Part shown: piece after piece, positions 1 to 20,585 of the stretch | Position numbering within the stretch: the first letter of the stretch is position 1 | How the letters are laid out: the number at the start of each line of letters is the position of its first letter | Origin: Macrostomum lignano | Lineage: Eukaryota | NCBI GenBank assembly: GCA_002269645.1 | Contig: NIVC01000129.1 | Location: 170,755 to 234,754, forward strand | Direction of reading: 5' to 3' | Length of the DNA stretch: 64,000 bases | The notes under the pieces: model-generated | Database searches by the model: none | What the model saw: only the letters and a program-made list of their open reading frames with translations | What the model was told of the DNA's origin: nothing | Translations under genes and position numbers: made by a program

Positions 1-1
1 C

Positions 2-38
<37 letters not shown>

Positions 39-84
39 CTAAGACAGACAGACAGACGGACAGACAAACAGACAGACAGACAGC
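1..84. repeat. (CAGA)n microsatellite, intronic in the SNX gene
   Basis: Direct tetranucleotide repeat abutting the GTGAGT donor at 94-89 (minus strand). Confidence 0.95.
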
Positions 85-94
85 AGTTACTCAC

Positions 95-9635
<9,541 letters not shown>

Positions 9636-10364
9636 TTGGATATTTTGAAAACCAGAATGCTATTATTTAAAACTGTTTGCTGATTATATTTGTATTAACT
9701 TAACGACCAAGTGAAATACAAAAAATTTGCTATGCAGCAACAGGCAACAGCAACAGCAAAGGCAACATCAACATGCACTGATGCACATAAAGTGAAGTTA
9801 TAAGGACGCAGGTCTACTAAAGTTAGTATTTTATTAATTATTTATTAAAGCTTTACTTATTTTGCTAATAATTTGTTTTTCTGCCAGACCAAAATTAATT
9901 CACAAACTTTACTACAACAAATCTTTGAGCCTAATTTCAACTCAACTTATTATTTGACAACTGAATCTTGATCAATATTAACGTGTCCTTCCAATCTAGC
10001 CTTATCTTATCTAGTTAAAAGAGTGCAATAAGTTCGATGAATATGCTTTAGAATTATTTGCAAACTGATTCTTCGCAATGATAAGCTATATAATTATTTT
10101 AATTTGAATTATAATACCTAGTTGCAAAGTTTTTGTTTTTACAGCGGTACGATCGCTCGCGAATCGTAGAAAAAAAGCAGTTTGAATTTGTGACATCCTT
10201 CGAAGTTTGGAAGCAAGATCGTATAACAACTGCTGACTAAATATCGTTTTTTTGCAGCACCAAAGTACTTTTAAGGATAGTAAAAAACCTGCTTGGCTCT
10301 TTGTAATTATTCAAAACTAATTATAAAGTATTTTAAATTTAACATAAACTTTTAAACTGCAATA

Positions 10365-10625
10365 CAAGGACCACTAGAAGAAGATCGGTCCTTGGGCCGT
10401 ATGCAGAAAGCTCTGTCTAGGGTAGGGTAGTCCGGTCTTGAAAAGCTAGTCTGGACTTGGATTTGGTATGCAGAGACGCAAAGTTAGACCGGTCTACTAT
10501 AGACAGAACTAAGGGTAGCTAGACCATAGACTATATAGACTGAACTACCCAAGTCCGGACTAGCTATTCTGGACTAAGCTTTCTGCATACGGCCGATACG
10601 GTATGTCTTCTTCTAGTGGTCCTTG
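10365..10625. mobile_element. MITE (hAT-like) with 20-bp TIRs and a near-perfect 8-bp TSD
   Basis: caaggaccactagaagaaga / tcttcttctagtggtccttg; inner 18-bp inverted pair 10395-10412 / 10577-10594; flanks ctgcaata and ctgcgata. Confidence 0.8.
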
Positions 10626-12074
10626 CTGCGATAGCACTAATTTAGAGGAATTATTTTATATACTGCTCGTGTAGATGAAGTAATCACGTTATCTCTTGGC
10701 TGACTCAATTTCATTTTTATTTTTTATTTAAGATACATTTTGCATCGATCGCTTAAATTTAACACGAAAATTTATATTTGTGGTCATTAAATGTATTACC
10801 TTTATAAAATAACTTTGTTCAATTTATTCAATTTACATGTAATTATATTTCATAGTGCGGATCCTGTTCGACCACCGGTCGATTGTAATTATACTTTTAC
10901 CCAGACGCAATAACAAAATATTTTGGCCTTTATTCCACATTTTTGATGTGTACCATAGACATTTGGATTGAAAAATCATCGCACAGTATTTTTGTTGATA
11001 AATACATAACAGCAAGGAGTAAATGATCAAAAAGGAAGAAATCATTGAAACTAAAGTACCAGCTACACGAAAAGAGTTCATAATAAATGTCACAGCTAGT
11101 GCAGTTCATCAGTTTGTAGTCGAAATTTGACAATGTGAAAATCAGTTTGTCACCCAAAGTGAAACATGCAGTTCTCAAAGCCGCAGTTCCCAAAGATGCT
11201 CGACACTTTAGCCTGATGATTTGGCACTGCAAAAGGAGTTGGTCTATTTTGAATGTTTTCTATAAAAGAGAAATACAGGTGCTTAAGTATAGTTGCCGAA
11301 CTTACCATTTGAAAGATGCACGTCTTGGTTGGCTTGCGACTGATAAGCTTCGTCGTCTGATTAGCTTATTTGGTACCGCAGTATCCAAGTTGGTATTCTT
11401 TGGAACTGTCGGCTGCTCGACTGAATCTATTGGCCGCTTTGATGCATCGCTTATAGCCGCCGAGGCGTTGAAGACTGCAGGTCGAGTTTTCTTCCTAGGT
11501 AGCGCCGCACGGTTCGTTCAGTCGTCGACAGAAAGATTTTTCCAATTAATAAGCGCGGCTGTTTGACGAGATGCACCAGCCATGGTTGTTTGACAAGACA
11601 AATAGCTTTTTCTCTCACTACTCGCTTTTCTGATTTCTTACAAGACGCAAGCAAAATCAGCACTCATCACAGTGTGTCTATGGTCAAACTAAGACACACA
11701 ACTCAGTGGTCTATGGGTAAAATAACTCTTAAAACAGCCAATTGAAGCATGATAAAAAAGTGTGGAATAATGGCCGCAAAAGTGTGGAATAATGACTGCG
11801 CGCTGAGTGAAAGTATAAATACAATGCACTTGTATAGTATGCAACTTCGTTGAATAATGGCCAAAACACGAGTGCGCGTAGCTGTTATAGCTGTTAGTTA
11901 GCTGTAGCTGTTAGTAGTTGCATACTATACAATGTACCATTGCTGCGATATCATAGTCAAACACAATTAGGCCCTATAGTTCATAAAAAGTACGTAGCTA
12001 GCTTAGTTGTAATTGTAAATTGTTGTGCAGGCTATCATCAACTGTGCACCAGATCATTATTAATCAATCCAGAC

Positions 12075-12118
12075 CTAATCAATCAATTACTAATCGATCA
12101 ATCGACCAACCAACCAAC

Positions 12119-12163
<45 letters not shown>

Positions 12164-12250
12164 CATCAATCAATCATGCACTAATCAATCAATCAAAGAA
12201 CAATTAATCGACCAATCGATCAATTAATTAATCAGTTAATTAAATTAATC
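12075..12250. repeat. (CAAT)n/(CAAC)n microsatellite
   Basis: Direct inspection. Confidence 0.9.
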
Positions 12251-12575
12251 AATATCGATCGATCAAATCAAGCTGCTCGACAAGCGGCTATCAAAATAGA
12301 CTTAAGGTGGACTAAAGGCCTAAGGTCTAAATGCGCTAGGCTTATCTAAGGTCTAAGGAAAAAGCCTGAGGTCACTGCACTATCGAGGCAATTATACTTA
12401 TTAACAAATTGATGCCTTTACATGTGAATTAACAATGTGTGAGGATTACAAATAAGTAGCTATTTACGCTTTGTATATCGCCTTTGTAAATCAGTTGTGA
12501 ATTGATGACCCAACTGACTGACGGCCGGTACTAACAAGCCTAGTCTTTTTTAGTTCGATTCTCTTGAAGCGTGCC

Positions 12576-12960
12576 CACATGCAGGCGCGTCGCCACCGGG
12601 GGGGGGACAGGCCGGGGGACATGTCCCCCCCCCAGTAAAAGCTATGAGGGGACATGCCAATGCTTTGTGTTCCCCCACCCTACCTTGTGACTCGTTGTGG
12701 CAATCAACAATGTGGCAATCTTTCGGGCGCCAAAATGAGTGCCTGTGGCGCTAAAAAGAGTGCCTTCGGCGCTAAACTGAGTGTCTGCGGCGCTAAACTG
12801 AGTGCCTGTATGTGGCGCCAATCTGAGTACCTGCTGCGCCAAAATGAGCGCTGACAACACCGATTCTCAAATTAATGGACATGTAGGAATTCAATCATGT
12901 ACGTACATGGTGACTTCTTGCCTTGTCCCCCCACCATAAAATACATGGCGATCGCCCCTG
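12576..12960. mobile_element. Non-autonomous hAT-like element
   Basis: Imperfect TIRs caggcgcgtcgcca / tggcgatcgcccctg; 8-bp direct repeat agcgtgcc at 12568-12575 and 12961-12968; internal ggcgc(c/t)aaa repeats. Confidence 0.6.
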
Positions 12961-13673
12961 AGCGTGCCATAATATTTCCGAGCCAAGTCTCCAGGGCACA
13001 GTGGTATACATGTAGTTTAACCCTGTCTTAAGACGAGAAAGTCAGGACCGAATTGCGTAATACCCTGTGTTAATGAAGCAACTTGTACAGTGCAAACTGT
13101 AGCATTGAAGCCCCAATTGCCACTATAGTCTCAGGCTGATAAAGCAGCAGCTATACTCAAGGAGCACATACTCTCACGCATATTTTACACATTTAATCAT
13201 CCTTGGTGTTTAAACTACAGAACTACGCTTGTACATGTAAATGTGGGGTTAAACAATGAATTCATCCATTTAGTTATGGGATGGCTGTGCTGTTATAATC
13301 TGCTGACTCGGCCCGACCTGGTTTTTTTTATTGGAGGCAAGGGGGTTGTGTGCACCCTGGCGCACTTTAAGCGACATAGGCACACAACCGGCGAGAGGCA
13401 TTACTGCCCATTCCGCTGACTCCCCTGAGCAGGCATACAAGCGCGCGGATACGTACGCAGGCACACACTCACACAGGAGTGTACAGCGGCCCTAACTTCA
13501 TTTTTATCGTTAGGCATGTACACTTCACTGCGCCTTGGGGGGTTGGCTCTCAAGGCCGTTAATTGCACGAGCAGAGCCAAGCCGAGATTCCAATTCAGCC
13601 CCAAATTAATGTGACTGCACTTGGAGTCGAGCCTGGGTCGCTGGCACACCAGAGCCTGCGCTAGACCGCTGGG

Positions 13674-14827
13674 CTACGGCCCCCCTTGGCCCGACCCGGT
13701 AGCTGTAGTAGTTTTGATCATTATTGCGGCGGCCGCAGCAGCGTTAGCGCGGTGTCTGCATCTCACCGCGCCACTTCCCCAGTGCCAATCCTTCGATCCG
13801 CTCGCCCTGCAGCAACAAATCCGGTTAATCATGACTCCAAAGTGTCGACGAAACTTGGTGCCTATCAGATAGGGCAGCCAGTTCAGGGCCGGGTCCAGGT
13901 ACATCAGGTGATTGAACAACACAGCTAGACGGTGGGTCGGCCGAGTGCAGTCAACCGCGCCCAGATGATCCAGCAGCTGTAGAATGCAGAAAGGAGCTTC
14001 GCAGGCAATGAATATCAGGCTTGTGACTAGAAATATTCTGGTCTGGGCAGTGGCCGCCACCTGTGTCGGTAGTTTGGCCTGGCTTTCGTCTCCACTCGAC
14101 GCGATGGAGCCTCGGACGTTGCGCTGGCTGCGTCACAGGCTTGGCCAGGATGACGGCCAGGGAGGCGAGGAGAACTGCAAACATCAGCAAGCGAGCGGCG
14201 AACACCTGTACAGCCGGTAGGCCAGCTCGATCCTGGTGATCTGCAGGAACACGCATCTGGAGGCCAACACCTCCAGACTCCAGAAGGTGTTGGCCACCCG
14301 GATGCAAGGCAGGAGGCTGAGCAGCAGCAGCAGCGCCTGCCAGGCGACGATGTTCCGCCGACGCAGCAGACTGCGCTGCCGCATGGGCGCCAAGGTGACG
14401 ACCAGCGAGTGCAAACAGAATCCCATGCGCAGGAAGGGGCTTCCGTGCATCAGCCCCAGGGTTGCCAGGTAGTAGGTCACGCACACCGGTTAGTTGGTTC
14501 GAGTGCGGAAGATCGGCACGCCCAGATTCCGTCCGAGGATGCCGGATGCCAGGTAGTGCGTGACCGACTAATTCCCCCGACCAGCAGGAGGTCCACGCAG
14601 CAGGTGGTGAGCATGCAGAGCCGCAAGGAGAACGGGAAGCACTTCGGGTGCCGCAGCAGCACCAGCAGGCAGCTGGCGTTGCCCCAGACTCCCAGCGACA
14701 TCAACAACGGGAAAAGCCATGAGAAGACTCGGATATGAAACAGGCGGTAGTAATCAACCTCCTGCGATTGCGTGGGTTCCGTCAAGAACGAATTCGTCGT
14801 GACGTTCGATTCCAGCTCGCTTGGCAA
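13674..14827 (-). pseudogene. Class A (rhodopsin-like) peptide-type GPCR pseudogene, single exon
   Basis: TM1 LGVWGNASCLLVL, TM2 CCVDLLL, TM3 CVTYYLATLG, TM6 FIACEAPF and TM7/helix 8 DPALNWLPYLIGTKFRRHF are spread over different frames; about three frameshifts plus an in-frame TAA (14492-14490) and a TGA after TM5. Confidence 0.75.
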
Positions 14828-15837
14828 ATCGTCGAACCCATTCGGGTTCCTGCAGTCTCAACATGACCAGCCGTTCGCTGCGCCTGCGGTTGCTTATCCC
14901 AGAGTGGAATTTTGTAAGAACTGCGATATACTTTTCCTGTGTGTATAGGACTGATGTAGACTTTGTACTGGCTCAACTCGCAGAATTGGGGTTGGGGATG
15001 CCTTGCAATTCATTGGTCGAATCGGGCTTGCGAATCGCTACGGAATTCCCGGGAGCCATATAGATTCTGGCTGTCTGGGATAAATTGGGAAGTTAATGAG
15101 ATAGATTATGAAGCTTACTGCACTTTTTAAATATGCAGATAAAGTCAAGCACAAGAAACGAAAAGAATTTCGCGAGGAAGGAGAGAATGTATAATCCCGT
15201 TCAAGGATCAAGACGCTCGTGATGACAAATTCCATAAATTACATTAAGAGTACAAAAACCCAAAAACCGTCTTATTCGTCTACTCCAGTGGCAAAAGTGC
15301 GTAAACATGTAAGCGACCCCGACTTTCTCGTCTCTAGACAGACTTTACAGTATATGGCTCGGAAATCTTAATGCAAGCCTCAAGAGAATTGATAAGACCA
15401 TCGATTCACACCAGTGATTTTGATTTTTTTTTGACAAAGTTTTGGTTCTTCTAAAGTGATTGATGTCTGCATGGTTAAAAGATGTTTTAAAAAATGTCAC
15501 AGTATACCCTTTCAGAAAAGGAAAAAAAATCGAAGCTCGCACTTACGTGAAGTTTCGTGCAATTTCTGGCTCTCGGTCAAGTGTGCCCGGCACTGCACTC
15601 CCCCCCCTCCCGGCCGCGTGCCTGCGCCAACCCCCCCATTCTGTCTGCGTCAACCCCCCCCCCAGTTGCACCCTCCCCACTGTCTGTTAGACCAGCCGGT
15701 TTTGGCTGGCTGCGGCTCCAGTGCGCCCCCTTGCTCGCCCTGCGATTGGCTGGTAGTCCAGCCAATCGGTTTGTATTCTTTCCCCCCTCCAATCGCGACC
15801 CCGACTTTGTAACTTTTATAAGACGATCGTAATTTTG

Positions 15838-15879
15838 GCTAGCTGGGCCTGGGGTAGCGATACCCCAGGCCCAGCTAGC
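15838..15879. other. Perfect 19-bp stem hairpin with GCGA loop
   Basis: gctagctgggcctggggta-gcga-taccccaggcccagctagc. Confidence 0.9.
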
Positions 15880-16229
15880 GCCAATATATGCAGGAGCGGC
15901 GGTAGGGGAGGCATCTGTTTTGGTTGAATTCTGCCAGACACAGCCATAAGTTCTAGTATTGCAATCAGACCCGAAGTTATACTCGGTTACTCAGAAGTTA
16001 CCCAGCCAGAACTGCAAAGAGCGAAGTTGAGAGAAACCTCCCCTACTGCCTTCGCCGCTGCTTCGTGAAGATAAAAGAGTGAGTCGTGCGTTTTCTCATT
16101 TGAGGGACTGGCGGGGATTAATTCGTGCAATAGGGACGGGCTGATCAAGTCTCTTGAAGCGATCCCTCGCTCAGAGTCCGAAGTCAGTCCGGCCAGTTGA
16201 CTGACGCCATCTTCGGCTCGTTCACTGAG

Positions 16230-17339
16230 ATAATCAGAGTCGCGATCCGGCCTGTAGCACAACAATAACTTGGTTGGAAGCCAGCCGAAATCGTTGACGC
16301 TTTGAAGAAGGTCTATGGGGACACTGCTCCACCAGATCCGACCATTTACCGCTGGATTCAGGCTTTTAAGGAAGGCCGTGAGTCCATGGAAGACGCCCAG
16401 CAGTCGGGAAGGCCCACAAAATCGCACACAGAGAAAAATTTGGCAGCTGTGCAGCAGGTAATTGAGCAGGATCGGCGCGTGACCATAGACAATATTGCTG
16501 ACCAAGTGGGCATTGCTCATGGCAGTGCTCACTCCATTGTGACGGACTGTCTTGGTCTGAGCAAGCTGAGTGCCCGCTGGGTCCCGCGGCTGTTGCGGCC
16601 TGAACACCGGGTTCAGTGCACTGAGTGCGCCATCAACCTGCTGAACTGCTTGAATGCTGATTCAGAAAACTTTTACTAGCGCTTAGTGACCGGGGATGAG
16701 ACATGAATATTTCAGTACGATCCCGAGTCCAAGGTCCAATCCAATGAGTGGCTGCCACGAGGATCAGCGGGCCCCAAGAAGTTCCGTGCGGAACGGTCTG
16801 CAGCGAAGGTCATGGCAATGATCTTCTGGGATGTTGAGGGAGTGGTGATGGTGGACTTCTTGGAAAACCAGAAGACCATCACTGCCACTTAATATGAGTC
16901 GCTTCTGCGAAAGCTCTGCACCGAACTGGCCAAAAAGCGACCTGGCAAGCTGCACCATGGGATTCGCTTTCACCACGACGATGCAGGCCAGCTCACACTT
17001 CTCCGCTCTGCCATGAAGCCCTGCGAGATTTCCGCTGGGAAATCCTCCAGCATCCTCCATAAAGCCCTAGTTTGGCTCCTTCAGACTTTTTTGTTTCCCA
17101 AGCTGAAGAAAGCAATGATCCAAAATCCAAGATGAGGATAAAGAGGCTGCCAAAAAGGCTACTGTACTGTGGCTTGCTGCACAGCCTCCTGAGTTCTACG
17201 CGAACGGCCTGGAGAGATGGCGACACCGCATGGAGAAGTGCCTGACCCTGGAGGGGGACTATGTAGAAAAGTAGATTCTAATTTGAAGTTTGACACTCGT
17301 GAGAACAAAATTATCATTACTTTTTGACTGACCCTCGTA
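16230..17339 (+). mobile_element. Decayed mariner (DD34D-type) transposon
   Basis: WKPAEIVDALKKVYG, SGRP, WVPRLL, TGDET, HDDA, SPSLAPSDF and a C-terminal EGDYVEK*; stops at 16677, 16704 and 16890 plus frameshifts; right end ...tttttgactgaccctcg followed by TA (17338-17339). Left TIR not found. Confidence 0.92.
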
Positions 17340-19104
17340 TTCGCTGGAATCGGCCAGGTCCCACAGTCTACACCAAACTACGCCACTTACCACTTACCAA
17401 GACAAATACTGGAAGGCAAGGCCATTCGTATAATGTTCAGAGTGGATGAATTGTGAATACTATAGTTTGGATAATGCCTTAATTAGATAATTTAATTAGC
17501 TATAAGCCTTTAGAGCAATCAGTGAATTCCAATTTAGAAATGATATATTTCCGCACGCTGACGAGTGCGTCAATGGCAAATGCACGAGTGCGCGCAGGAA
17601 AGAACAGTGTTGTTTGATCCATAGACAAAGTCATTCTTACGAGCTAGTATTTGACCCAGCGTGCAGGAATGAAGGCAGTCGTGCAGGAATTAAATAATCT
17701 ATGGCCAAATCTCCACTGTTTTACACATGGACATCGTGCAGGAATGACACTCTCCGTTCCTGCACGCAAACAATTTATTTAAAATTGTACGCAAATGTAT
17801 GGGGAGGAGAGAGAATGTACACAGACAGTGTGGAGGGAGGAAAGAGAGAGGGGGTTAAAAATAAATCGATTTTTGTGCTTTTTTATTTCACGCCGGCATA
17901 TAAAATTAACTCAGTGAAGGGGGAGAATGGCTCTAATAAGAATGAAATTCTTGAAAGCTTACGAGTGTGTCAATGGCAAAAGCACGAGTGCGCGAATCAG
18001 CGTGCATTTAACGCAGGCAGCGTGCATATAATGCATTATAGGCACGCTAAAAACGGGAGCAGATATTAAGTAAACAGAGATTGAAAGCAAGCATGCGGTC
18101 CTAAACTATAGTCAGCTCACGCGTAGTTCGATCTGATTCACTTCAGTGATTAAAAATGCAGTTGTGCAGTAAACCGTAGATGTTGTAGATCACTGTAGGC
18201 CTGCCATTGCCAGTAGTGTTGGTCAGCGTCGTTGCGGTGGTGATATCAGTTGTTCCCCTGTGTTCAGAGACTGGCTCATCACTGCCAATGAATCGACCAT
18301 CACAACATGTTGCTCTTGATTAGGCGGCTCAACAGTGGTGTTAGTAGGCTCTTGGGCTGTAGGAGTCACGTCACTACCACGACGCAGTGCACGTTACATT
18401 CTTAGTTCTTACGCAAAGCAGGTTTCCAGTAGTTCCAGGACATTTTTTCCATCTGTAGGCCTGTAGAGCTGTAGAAATCTTGGACTCAGGGAATGCATCC
18501 TTGATCCTTGATAAATCCTTGAGGGAATGCGTCAGTAAATCTTTGATTTGATCCGTGGACATTCCAAGAAATTATTTCATTTGGAAAGTGCAGCAGGTCT
18601 ATTAGTTTTCTTTTCTCGGCTAGTTCCATTCTCTTTTTGAGTCAGTAAAGCTAGCTCTGCTTTATTCTTCTCTCTCTTCTCGTCTTCAACGTGCATCTAA
18701 CGCAACTGCAACCTTTTGTCTATGATAATTCGTAGTATTATAATGTAACTAATATATAGCTATATATTAATCCTAAATTCCTGCACGGATGCTACGCAGA
18801 AGCGGCACAGCTCACAGCAAAACGGCAGAATAAAATTGGAGAGTGAGCTTAATTAATAGTTTCATAGCTTCAGAGTTGAGCCATGGCTGCAATTATTAAA
18901 CTCCACCGTAGCACCTCCACTAATTGACTTCAACTACTGCTCTGTAAGCGGTTGTACAACGGACGCGCTGGCAATTGTGTCAACGGAGAGCAAGCTGGAA
19001 AGAGAGAGCGAAGAAGTGCTGGCTTTGTCGTTAAGCATGCCCAACAGTACTGATGCGGAGCTGGAGCTGGAGCGGAGCGGAGACTGGAGTCTCGAGTCGG
19101 TCCA

Positions 19105-19323
19105 GACGGTGTGTGGTACACAATGCAACCAGTCGGCGTCAACACTCTCGGGCCTCTGCTGAAAAAGATTTCTACCAATACCTAGCTCTCCAGGGTGTAC
19201 ACCGCCCACTGCGTACGTCCGACGGTCGTTACCACTCTTAATGAATCCGGCTTTGCAATCGAAACAATCGCGGAGGCCACAGATCATAAGATCAGCGCAT
19301 TTTTCGTCCTTATTCTGCTCTAA
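19105..19323 (+). mobile_element. Crypton-type (DUF3504-like) tyrosine recombinase fragment, degenerate
   Basis: Manual translation from 19105: DGVWYTMQPVGVNTLGPLLKKISTNT*LSRVYTAHCVRPTVVTTLNESGFAIETIAEATDHK, matching the Crypton pattern WY..QPVGxNTL...YTxHxxR...T(G)H. Not in the ORF track. Confidence 0.7.
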
Positions 19324-19358
19324 TTTTGATTCATGTCATGCATGCAATATGACTATCA

Positions 19359-20000
19359 TTACCATATATTGTTTCGTAGTCGTCCACATCCGTGGAGCGC
19401 TACATCCGTCACGGAAAGAAGAGAGAGACAATCATCGCAGGCATGAGCGGGCAACTGACACGTGCCCTGACTGACAGAGACAACGTGCAGTTCGGTAGGA
19501 GTGAAAGTGCTTTGGCACAAGGTTTCTAATGGTAACCAGCCTGTCATCACAACAACGTCAAGCGCCACATCCCACATGAGTTGTAGCGCAATTTGAGATA
19601 GAGTTGTCCAGACCTGTAGACCCCATCCTCCTTGTTATTTTTCTAAGGACGTTAACTGATGGCAGTATTAGCGATTTGGTCTCCAGAAGCCGCTTATAAG
19701 CAGCCGGACTCACAGAAAACAGAATATAGGAAGCTGGCGGAGTTTTTATGAAATATGATGGCATGCTGGTCGTGCTGTATTGGGTGGGAACTGCATCTTC
19801 TCTTAATCTTCTTTTTACAAGATTGGCACTTTCTTCGTGTTGTTTCTTTTTCCGATATGCATTGCTGTCCTGATTCTCAGTAATAAATCTGATTCCGTGA
19901 AGTCTCGGTTCGGAAACTTGTGAAATGAAATCCTCGCTGACCGTGTCGTTGCCGACTCGCTGCCGGACTTGCAGCCAAAAACGGCGCATTTATTTGGCAT
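19359..20000 (-). mobile_element. Internally deleted THAP/P-element transposase remnant
   Basis: MPNKCAVFGCKSG...FHKFP (THAP start), FTESD, RLREDAVPT (AVPT box), then SPAAYKRL...LPSVNVLR (P-transposase N-terminal motif); the THAP middle and the catalytic core are missing. Confidence 0.7.
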
Positions 20001-20276
20001 GCAGAGGACGCAAAACTTCCACAGAGGACGCAGACTTGGCTTCAGGAAAGTCACTCTGGCATATTAGTGCTTACAGGCTAAGACAAAATAAGGCGAACGA
20101 AGCTGATTCTTCTTAGTGACAATGGCAATCTAAATTGATGCGGCAAACAAATCCTATGTCTGTGGCAATCGCAGTAAGCCTCATCTTGTATAAAAAAGTT
20201 CTCACCGCTATTTCAGTTCTCATTCCAGTTGCTAGATTTAAAATTCCTTGGCTGAGCCACCTTTTTAGTAGTGTTA

Positions 20277-20585
20277 CAGCACCAGGGGCGCCAGCACAAG
20301 GGGCGCCAGCACCAGGGGCGCCAGCAACAGGGGCGCCAGCAACAGGGGCGCCAGCACCAGGGGCGCCAGCACCAGGGGCGCCAGCAACAGGGGCGCCAGC
20401 AACAGGGGCGCCAGCACCAGGGGCGCCAGCACCAGGGGCGCCAGCACCAGGGGCGCCAGCACCAGGGGCGCCAGCACCAGGGGCGCCAGCACCAGGGGCG
20501 CCAGCACAAGGGGCGCCAGCACAAGGGGCGCCAGCACCAGGGGCGCCAGCACCAGGGGCGCCAGCACCAGGGGCGCCAGCACCAG
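20277..20585. repeat. Minisatellite, 15-bp unit gcaccaggggcgcca (about 20 copies)
   Basis: Direct inspection; explains the GAPGA, WRPWC, HQGRQ and APLVL ORFs. Confidence 0.95.
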
